From a virus (lineage: Duplodnaviria; Caudoviricetes), in the IMG/VR virus record IMGVR_UViG_3300006226_001703, positions 22,583 through 86,582 of that record: a DNA stretch of 64,000 nt, one strand, 5' to 3'. Under the pieces are notes generated by a model. The model saw only the letters and a list, made by a program, of their open reading frames with translations. It was not told the DNA's origin and searched no databases. This document shows, in pieces, positions 37,028 through 44,468 of the stretch. The stretch's first letter is position 1. The number at the start of each line of letters is the position of its first letter. Both the position numbers and the translations under genes were made by a program.

Positions 37028-37753
37028 ATGAAATCATTTGAGCATATATTTGTAAAAGCAAATTATCCACAACACTTACAGGAGTATATCCAGCTTTTTG
37101 AAGCTGACCAAGCATATGCTAATTATCAACAAGCAAATCAGCCAAATGATTTATATGCTAGATCACAAAACTTAGCACAACAGGGCGCACAGAACTTTAC
37201 ACAAGGTCAAGGAATTGGCGGTGTAATGCAAGGTGCTGGACAAATGATGTTGGGTAATGCTGGAAAGAAACTTGGTTTTTTAAGTAGATTAGGAAAAGGA
37301 CTTGCGGGGTTAACACCCATTGGTGCCTTAATGAATCAGAAAAAAGCTAAACAAGAAAAAGAAGCTGCATTCAAAGCTGGTTATGAGCAGGGTCAAACTG
37401 ATGCTGCACAGGGACAGAATAATGCAGATCAGGCTGCTGCACAAGCTGGTGGTGAACAAGCTGCACAAGGCGAAAAAACAGATGCTGATTATCAGCAAGC
37501 TGCAAGAGATGTTTGGGCTGGCAGATATGGTAATGGCCAAGAGAGAGTTCAAGCTCTTCAAGCTGCTGGGTTTGACCCACAAAGAGTACAACAATTAGTA
37601 CAACAAAGTCAAGGTGGCGGTGGAAACAGCGGTGGCGGTAATAGTGGAGGCGGACAACAACAGCAAGCTGCTCCAGCACAACCTGAACAAACACAAGAAC
37701 CAGAACCAGTTCAAGAATCTTTTATGAGGATCTATCGAGCTTCAAGGAGATAA
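37028..37753 (+). CDS. Putative head-packaged protein P6: Gly/Gln-rich with Cpl-7 repeat
   Basis: MKSFEHIF; ARDVWAGRYGNGQERVQALQAAGFD. Confidence 0.65.
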   Translation: MKSFEHIFVKANYPQHLQEYIQLFEADQAYANYQQANQPNDLYARSQNLAQQGAQNFTQGQGIGGVMQGAGQMMLGNAGKKLGFLSRLGKGLAGLTPIGALMNQKKAKQEKEAAFKAGYEQGQTDAAQGQNNADQAAAQAGGEQAAQGEKTDADYQQAARDVWAGRYGNGQERVQALQAAGFDPQRVQQLVQQSQGGGGNSGGGNSGGGQQQQAAPAQPEQTQEPEPVQESFMRIYRASRR

Positions 37754-37755
37754 CT

Positions 37756-38487
37756 TTGAAGACATTTGCACAAATTCATGAAGACTGTCAACAACCACAA
37801 ATAAAAAGCTTCTCACAAATTCATGAAAGTTGTCGTATCAAATCTTTCGAAGAAATCTATCAACTAAATGAAGCAGCATCTCTTGAAAGTATCAGCGCAA
37901 TTAGCGACGCAATCTCAAATGGTCGAGCTTCAATGGCCAACAGTATCACAAATGCAACATCTGGCAAAGGACAAGCTGCTTCCAACATTGGTCAAATAGC
38001 AGCAGGCGCAGTTACTGGTGGTAGAGCCGGGGCTTTAGGAGCTGCTGCTGGCATCGCACAAAACGCTCTTAGCAATGTACAAACTTCATCAACATTTGGG
38101 GCAACAGCCAAAGGCGCATTGAGTGGTGCTTTAGATGGTTTTGCTTCTGGTGCAGGAAAAGGTGGAGGAATCGGTGGAGCAATTGGTGCTGTAGTTGGTG
38201 GTATTCAAGGAGCCATAGCCGCATTCCAAGATGCAAAAGCAGATGCGAAGGCAGCAGCAGAACAGGAAGACGCAGAAGATGCTGAAGCCGAAGATGCAGA
38301 CGCAGAAGCTGATGCTGAAAGTGATGCCGACTCTGATGCAGATGCTGGAGACAGTGATGCTGGAAGTGATAGCGATAGCGGTGGAGATTCTGGCGGAGAT
38401 AGTGGAGGCAGTGATTCAGGTGGCGGTGGAGACTCTGGAGGAGGCGACTCAGGCGGGGGCGGCGATTCCGGTGGAGGAGGAGAGTAG
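37756..38487 (+). CDS. Putative head-packaged protein P7: triple targeting-like motif, Gly zipper, D/S/G tail
   Basis: TTG start; KTFAQIHE, KSFSQIHE, KSFEEIYQLNE; GGIGGAIGAVVGG; acidic DSGG repeats. Confidence 0.65.
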   Translation: MKTFAQIHEDCQQPQIKSFSQIHESCRIKSFEEIYQLNEAASLESISAISDAISNGRASMANSITNATSGKGQAASNIGQIAAGAVTGGRAGALGAAAGIAQNALSNVQTSSTFGATAKGALSGALDGFASGAGKGGGIGGAIGAVVGGIQGAIAAFQDAKADAKAAAEQEDAEDAEAEDADAEADAESDADSDADAGDSDAGSDSDSGGDSGGDSGGSDSGGGGDSGGGDSGGGGDSGGGGE

Positions 38488-39036
38488 ATTCACAGGTGTC
38501 TTTTTCCAATTGACGCCTTCGAGATTTCTTTCCATTGCTTTTAATAAGTCAGGTGTATGAAGTTCCGTTACGACAGTGTTAACTATTAAGCGATCTTTTG
38601 GGACTATTCCAATTGATTCTAACGTTCTATTATCAACCGTATGTCCATCAGTCATAACTTTGTCAAGTTTATAGTCAATATGAAATGAATCAACATAATC
38701 TAAAAGCTTTTCTATTTTGTTGGGTAAGCAACCAGTCGTATAAATTGTCGTTTTTAATCCACAACTTTTTGCTGTTGAAAATATCATTTTAAGTTCATCA
38801 ATATCTTTGAACAGAGGTTCTCCACCCGATACAGTTAGCCAGTCAATATTTTTTGGATTTATTGCATAGATTCTCGTAACGATATCATCAACAGTTAAGT
38901 CCTCTTCTTCTGGCTCGAAAGTTTTGAGACTTGGGTTGTGGCAATAGAAACATGAAAAGTAACACCCCTTTGCAAATGCAACTGCTGCAATTCCATTGGG
39001 GCTATCAACTAGCGAAAATGGTATCCATCGGTACAC
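38449..39036 (-). CDS. nrdG: Anaerobic ribonucleotide reductase activating enzyme (radical SAM)
   Basis: SLVDSPN...GCYFSCFYCHNP (CxxxCxxC), TVSGGEPL. Confidence 0.85.
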   Translation of the reverse strand: MYRWIPFSLVDSPNGIAAVAFAKGCYFSCFYCHNPSLKTFEPEEEDLTVDDIVTRIYAINPKNIDWLTVSGGEPLFKDIDELKMIFSTAKSCGLKTTIYTTGCLPNKIEKLLDYVDSFHIDYKLDKVMTDGHTVDNRTLESIGIVPKDRLIVNTVVTELHTPDLLKAMERNLEGVNWKKTPVNLLSSSTGIAAPA

Positions 39037-39847
39037 CTAATTCCTCCAACTTTCTCGAAAAACTTTCTATCATTGTTATCTTGTCAGTGAATGATTTGAT
39101 TCTCTCGAGGCCATAATGTTTACCCAAGAAAGATTCAAGCTCATCAGTAATCTCTCTGTTAACTACCAAATCATGAAGTTCAATTAAACTGTCTGATATT
39201 CCAACGTATGTTCCTTTTAAGAATGGCTTAACTTTATGAAGTCCACCCATTATAGTTCCAATAACATGATATTCACTGTAACAAATATTGTCATCATCAT
39301 CTCTAAAAAGATATTTTGGCTCGATAACTATATAGTTGTACAATGCATAATCATCATTTTGTAATCTTCTATTTCTAATATAATGTCCTGGAACTTCAGT
39401 TTTACTTTCACCACTTTTGACAGTTACAATGTTACCATCAGATGTGAATGAAAAGCCCTGCTCAAATAATGAGGACAATAAATAGTTAAATGGAATTCTA
39501 GCATCAAGAAGTTTTTTGATAAACTTAACACCATATTCAATTCTAAATCCATCATCCATTTCGAGAAGAGTTTTAATCTCTAATGCTAATCTATTATCCA
39601 ATGTGAAGTATTTTCCATTGTAGAAGACTTCAATTTCATCAGAGCCTTTTTCTTGTGTAAATGATATCTCATCATCTTCATAATTAAATGATCGATTTAT
39701 AATTATCATTATTTCACTTAATGTAGTTTTTTCTCTGTGTAAAATTTCAGCAATTCTGTTGAATCTTTTATCCCCTCTCGAGACTTGTAATATCTCTTTG
39801 CCAGTTGGGATAACTATTGCTTCATCAGTCAAAATATAGTTTAACAT
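39005..39847 (-). CDS. rIIB: rIIB-like protein
   Basis: Downstream of rIIA; F.KKLL...FSFTSDGNIVTVK resembles the rIIB ITxDGxxxAYK motif. Confidence 0.6.
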   Translation of the reverse strand: MLNYILTDEAIVIPTGKEILQVSRGDKRFNRIAEILHREKTTLSEIMIIINRSFNYEDDEISFTQEKGSDEIEVFYNGKYFTLDNRLALEIKTLLEMDDGFRIEYGVKFIKKLLDARIPFNYLLSSLFEQGFSFTSDGNIVTVKSGESKTEVPGHYIRNRRLQNDDYALYNYIVIEPKYLFRDDDDNICYSEYHVIGTIMGGLHKVKPFLKGTYVGISDSLIELHDLVVNREITDELESFLGKHYGLERIKSFTDKITMIESFSRKLEELGVPMDTIFAS

Positions 39848-42321
39848 AATTTCTCCACATTTGCTACATAATCCACCACTATTTGGAAAGCTTCCTTAGT
39901 TTCAAAAGCTCTTCCAGAAAAGTTTTGAGTCACTTTTAACATTGGGTACTTGTTGAACATATCAGTTATGTAATCTGTTCTTGCTGAGTTGTCAAAATTC
40001 TTAATTATGATATCAAGTCCAACAAGTTTTTTCATTATGTCCTTGTGGACTTTTGTATCATAAAAAGTTCTGTAGGTGTTATTCAGCATTTTAGTTAAAG
40101 TATTCCACACAGATAATTGTCTGGCTGAACCAGTTTCCTGAGTTTTGATTTCCTCTAATCTTCTAATTGCTTCCTTTCCAAAAGCTGTGTCATTAAAACC
40201 AACATATTTGCTACCAAGTTCAAGAACATATTCTGCTGACTTAGTGTAATCAAATATTGAATAACCATACAAGATATGGGTAGTCATATAAGTGACTATC
40301 TTATCAATATTTGCGCTCACTTGCTTAATGAAGTAATCATCAATGTAAGTCCAGTTTTTGTTTTTCATTATGTTCGCATTCTTGAAATAGTTGTAACTGA
40401 TCATTAAGTGATGAGCTGGTTGCTGAATAAAGTCACGAATATAAGTATTCTTCAACATTGAGTGCTTGTTGTACTCGGAGTTTATCATCACACCTTTTTG
40501 CTCGATTGTGAATGCCTTATTTCTGGGCAGTTTTGGATTGGCTTTCAGATCCTTAAAGTTTGGGTTTATCCAATATCCTCTCTGGTCAACCTTTCCCTCG
40601 AATAACTCGTACGTAGTATTAGTCAGCTTGAGGGCGTCTACTGGGTCAATATATTTACCGGATATTGCATCATAGACTGTGTAGCTGTCCTTGTCATCCG
40701 CCAGAGTGGCTGATTTAGGCACCCTGGGCTTCGGAACTTTAATTGGGACGAATGATGAAGTTTTCTTTGAGACAAACTCTGGGAACATTTTAGTTATGAT
40801 TTCAGAAGTCTTTTCATCTACGAAAATTGATTCCCTAATGTTTATGTCGTTCATTAATTGGAACTTATTCTCTAAAATAGCGGGAATTAAAGTCCAGTAC
40901 TTCTTTTTTGCTGCTGCCTTACCAAAAAATGCGTCGAGCCTTTCCTTAACTAATGGTTCATCAATAATAAGTAAAGTGTTATATTCACCCTTCATTATTG
41001 CTTTGCCCAAGTCATAAACATAATCTTCGCCTTTTGTGTTGCTTGCACAGTAAACTGGAATGTTAGTAACTTCAAAGCGATTATTACGACGGGCTCTGGG
41101 CTTATACATATAAGTACCAGTTATGAGTTTATTAGTTATATGCTGCTCAAATTGCTTGTTTATTTGCTTGAACTCTTCAATTTCGTCAAACTCACCAACT
41201 AATATTCTGGGAAGGTGGGGAATGTTATTTCTGTTCTTGATGAAATTATTTGGAGTTGAAGCCTTCTTAACAAAGTCAGCCTTAAACTCATTGAAGTCCT
41301 TGTGGAAAATATCCTTCAGATATTCAATTGTAGTTTTGCTATAATTTAAGCTTTCTCTTGAAGGCTGGATTGAAACTGCTCCAATTGGAATGTGAATGAG
41401 CTTCTTAAACTCTGTGTCATACCTTCCATGAACGGCTGGAAAGTTGATGCTAATTTTACAAGCATTCTCTGTCTCAGTGTTTATGAGTTGAGTTACATTT
41501 ACATCATAATACACTTGGCCCATTACTACACCGTGAGTGCTTCCATAACTCTTCAATATTTTGGATAAGAAGTTCCAAGTGTCAGAAGTCTTATTTAACT
41601 CGTTGTAATTCTTAACGAAATTACGAGTTGCTTCATAAATAGCGGGGCCATCCTCAGCTGTTTTCTTTGTCATGTAGTCAAAGAAAAGAGATGCCATGAC
41701 GTTGTAAAAGTCCTCTTCTCCACGAACTATCAAAGGCATTTTATCAAAGAAGAGAAAAGTTTTCAAAGCTGCTTTGTGAAAGTTTTGAGTGTCCTCAGGT
41801 TTAACAAGCACTTCAACACTTGTTCCAGTTTCATTAAAAGCCTCGGAAGTGTTTACTCGATTGACATTAGGAATTCCATTTGAGTCTTTATAGATTATGT
41901 ACTGATTTCTTTCACCATCTTTTGCAGTAGTCAAAGTAAATTGCTGAGTGTATGCGAGCGGAGTTTTTCCACCGAGTCCAAGAGCTCCAATAACTTTGTC
42001 GCTGTGTGATTTAGTTGACTTGCCGTATGACTTATAAACTGTCATAACATCATCATGAGTCATACCAATACCATTGTCTTCAATTATGAGCGAGTTAAAC
42101 TGATGGTTTGGAAGATAAACTTTAATTGGTTCAATATTACCCGCTTCAATGTTTGCATCTATCGCATTACAAGAAAGTTCCCTCACGATTGCTCTGATTG
42201 GGTCTTCATAAATCTTGCTTGACAGAATATCAAACATTTTGCTATTAGCGGCAATAGTAAACTCGCTGCTTTCATTTTCAAGGCAGTTAGTTACATCATA
42301 AACTTTGTCATTTAACTTCAT
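39841..42321 (-). CDS. rIIA: rIIA-like protein (GHKL/Hsp90-like ATPase N-terminus)
   Basis: MFDILSSKIYEDPIRAIVRELSCNAIDA, IEDNGIGM, STKSHSDKVIGALGLGGKTPLAYT. Confidence 0.88.
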   Translation of the reverse strand: MKLNDKVYDVTNCLENESSEFTIAANSKMFDILSSKIYEDPIRAIVRELSCNAIDANIEAGNIEPIKVYLPNHQFNSLIIEDNGIGMTHDDVMTVYKSYGKSTKSHSDKVIGALGLGGKTPLAYTQQFTLTTAKDGERNQYIIYKDSNGIPNVNRVNTSEAFNETGTSVEVLVKPEDTQNFHKAALKTFLFFDKMPLIVRGEEDFYNVMASLFFDYMTKKTAEDGPAIYEATRNFVKNYNELNKTSDTWNFLSKILKSYGSTHGVVMGQVYYDVNVTQLINTETENACKISINFPAVHGRYDTEFKKLIHIPIGAVSIQPSRESLNYSKTTIEYLKDIFHKDFNEFKADFVKKASTPNNFIKNRNNIPHLPRILVGEFDEIEEFKQINKQFEQHITNKLITGTYMYKPRARRNNRFEVTNIPVYCASNTKGEDYVYDLGKAIMKGEYNTLLIIDEPLVKERLDAFFGKAAAKKKYWTLIPAILENKFQLMNDINIRESIFVDEKTSEIITKMFPEFVSKKTSSFVPIKVPKPRVPKSATLADDKDSYTVYDAISGKYIDPVDALKLTNTTYELFEGKVDQRGYWINPNFKDLKANPKLPRNKAFTIEQKGVMINSEYNKHSMLKNTYIRDFIQQPAHHLMISYNYFKNANIMKNKNWTYIDDYFIKQVSANIDKIVTYMTTHILYGYSIFDYTKSAEYVLELGSKYVGFNDTAFGKEAIRRLEEIKTQETGSARQLSVWNTLTKMLNNTYRTFYDTKVHKDIMKKLVGLDIIIKNFDNSARTDYITDMFNKYPMLKVTQNFSGRAFETKEAFQIVVDYVANVEKLC

Positions 42322-42336
42322 TTGTTTTCCTCTTAT

Positions 42337-42370
42337 TAAGATATAAGATCATTTATCATAAAGGACAATA
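42337..42370 (-). promoter_or_regulatory. Class I-like early promoter (TTGTCC ... CTTATATCTTA)
   Basis: TTG falls at the same offset as in the three canonical copies. Confidence 0.55.
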
Positions 42371-42777
42371 TTACCAAATTCTTCCTGGATGTTTCTAATT
42401 CTATCTGAAGAATTCATACCTTCAAAATCAAATATTTCGTGGATTCGCTCATGCGTTCGATAATTACATAGTAATATGTAGCAAGATTCATAGGAGTCTA
42501 GTATCGACTGTTCTGAGTTTTTTTCCCACTGCCATCTTTCAAAAATTTCGCCAATTTCATAAATATGATGTTCAGTTAAATTTGTGCTTCTCTTTTCTTT
42601 TTCTAAAACTAAAAAACCGCGACTCTTTGCTAATCTTCTAGTTACATCTCGTAGTTTATTCTTGATTAGACTGTGAGGGGTTCCACCTGCAACATGTCTT
42701 TCATAACAGTTGCAGATGTGGTTCCGATAATCCTCATAGTTCATGAGGGATAAGTTCTCCAATAGTTGGGTGGGCAA
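42349..42777 (-). CDS. HNH-like nuclease
   Basis: NLTEHHIY...YILLCNYRTHERIH. Confidence 0.5.
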   Translation of the reverse strand: MPTQLLENLSLMNYEDYRNHICNCYERHVAGGTPHSLIKNKLRDVTRRLAKSRGFLVLEKEKRSTNLTEHHIYEIGEIFERWQWEKNSEQSILDSYESCYILLCNYRTHERIHEIFDFEGMNSSDRIRNIQEEFGNIVLYDK

Positions 42778-44390
42778 TTTTCCACTTGTTTTTCAACTAC
42801 TGTCATTTGAGCTTTGGAAAATATCCTTTCAATTGGCAAGTCAATTTCGTCACAGTAGGACTTGATGATTTTGAAGTCCACATAGTTGGCGAGGCTTGTA
42901 CCAAGTGAAATATCCTTTGTCAGTTTTTTCTTGTCAAGAGCAAGTTCAACCTTCTCGATATTTGCTTTGGCTTTTTCCATTTGAGTTACTAACTTTGCTT
43001 TTGCTGTTTTGATTTCGTCCAGTTTCTCTTTGAGAAGTTTAGGTGTACCAGCATACAAAGTTTTGAACTTATTTGCTTTTTCATCAAGTTTGGTAACCTT
43101 TCCAGCATGAGCGGCTTTAATAGTTTTCACCCGCTCTTTTGCTCTCTTCACTCTCTCAGCAATTTTCTGCTCGCCTTCCTTCTGGTTTTTGCCAACATTT
43201 TTCTGATGATTCAAAGTTTTTGCAATTTCCAAATTGGCTTCAAATATTGCTCTAAGTTTTTCAGCATCAGTATTTGCCTTAGTAACTTTTTTAGTTTTCA
43301 GGCTGTTGACGAGCACCTCGTTACAAACGACAGTGCGGAGGTTCTTAACGGTCGCTCCTGGCTGGATTCTCTTGAGGTAACTATTTACATTGACATTGGG
43401 GCGGAAGATCCGCTCACCAGCCTTGAGTGCCTTGAGACGCTTTGATAGGAAGGCATGGACAGTAGGCTGAACGGAAATAATCCGCTGGTCAGGTACTGAA
43501 TCCTTTCCAAGAAAATCAAACTGAATCTCGTTATTTGGTAGAACACTGAGATGCTGAAACTCTAAAGTCTGCATCCCATAAGTTAGGGCTTGCTTGTTTT
43601 CGTCTCTCTCATTACCGATACGAATGCCAGTCTGCATAATCAAGTAAATGATAATTGCTTCATCAGTACCAGCAGCGCATCCCTTGTCAATGGCTGTGTT
43701 TATGTTTGCCCAATTTTTGAGAATATCAGAAGTTTTGTCAAACTTGCCAGTTATGTTTTCCTGTCTCAGTGAAACTTTGCCATGGAAAGTAACTGTCTTA
43801 TTCAGAGCGGGAAAACCCATTTCCGGCCTTCCACATTTGATTTTGTAACTGTAAACCCAAATGGCTTTGTTGTCAGTGTTGTAGACGATATCGCCGGGCT
43901 GGACACGATATTTCCAAGAGAATTTTCTGGGGTCCTTTCCGCGAGTCATAATCCAGTTAGGGGCTTCAACCATGTAAGTAACGAGCGGCTGGCGAACTCC
44001 ATCGAGAAGCGCATATCCGAACTTCTCTTTGAGTCCTTCCTTCAACTCTTTTACACGGACTTTGTCGATTTTTGAGGATTCTTTCGTAATCTGCTTAATT
44101 GCCTCTGCTGCCCTCTTCATGTTTTCCATGAGTGGAATGAAGTCATTGGGGAACGACAGTTTCTGCTGATTGACTGTGAGTTCCGGTTTTAGACATTTCC
44201 ACATATTCTTGTTTGAAGAGTGAAAGGCTTCTTTTTCGTAATCGCTGCCCAAGAAACGAGCCGCCATCCAAAGCATCTCTTCTGCGAGAGGAGGGAGCTT
44301 TTCGCCAGCAAGATCGTACCCCTTAGTTCGGTACTCTTCTGGAAATAGCGGTCCATCATATTGTAGCGTTTTGAAACGTTCTGTTTTCAT
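42741..44390 (-). CDS. top1: DNA topoisomerase IB, eukaryote-type (core I-III, coiled-coil linker, C-terminal Tyr domain)
   Basis: LQYDGPLF, GIRIGNE, FDFLGKDS, KNLRT, LNHQK, linker, ISLGTSLANYVD..PIERIFSK; the R-K-R-H-Y pentad is present. Confidence 0.93.
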   Translation of the reverse strand: MKTERFKTLQYDGPLFPEEYRTKGYDLAGEKLPPLAEEMLWMAARFLGSDYEKEAFHSSNKNMWKCLKPELTVNQQKLSFPNDFIPLMENMKRAAEAIKQITKESSKIDKVRVKELKEGLKEKFGYALLDGVRQPLVTYMVEAPNWIMTRGKDPRKFSWKYRVQPGDIVYNTDNKAIWVYSYKIKCGRPEMGFPALNKTVTFHGKVSLRQENITGKFDKTSDILKNWANINTAIDKGCAAGTDEAIIIYLIMQTGIRIGNERDENKQALTYGMQTLEFQHLSVLPNNEIQFDFLGKDSVPDQRIISVQPTVHAFLSKRLKALKAGERIFRPNVNVNSYLKRIQPGATVKNLRTVVCNEVLVNSLKTKKVTKANTDAEKLRAIFEANLEIAKTLNHQKNVGKNQKEGEQKIAERVKRAKERVKTIKAAHAGKVTKLDEKANKFKTLYAGTPKLLKEKLDEIKTAKAKLVTQMEKAKANIEKVELALDKKKLTKDISLGTSLANYVDFKIIKSYCDEIDLPIERIFSKAQMTVVEKQVENCPPNYWRTYPS

Positions 44391-44392
44391 AA

Positions 44393-44426
44393 TAATATAT
44401 AAGATTAACTAAAATTATGTTCAAAA
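44393..44426 (-). promoter_or_regulatory. Class I early promoter TTTTGAACA-N14-CTTATATATTA, leaderless to top1
   Basis: Third copy; ATG 2 nt after the box. Confidence 0.75.
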
Positions 44427-44445
44427 TTATAGATATCTTCTACTA

Positions 44446-44453
44446 ACTAATAA
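44446..44453 (+). promoter_or_regulatory. Class III late-type motif ACTAATAA
   Basis: Upstream of structural gene 44469. Confidence 0.45.
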
Positions 44454-44468
44454 TTATAGGAGATTTTA

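Noticed and set aside
42741-44390. Eukaryotic or archaeal virus origin for the whole window because of Top1
   Set aside because: Surrounding genes (dnaB, dnaX, amidases, Cpl-7 repeats, rIIA/B, SD motifs) indicate a bacteriophage.
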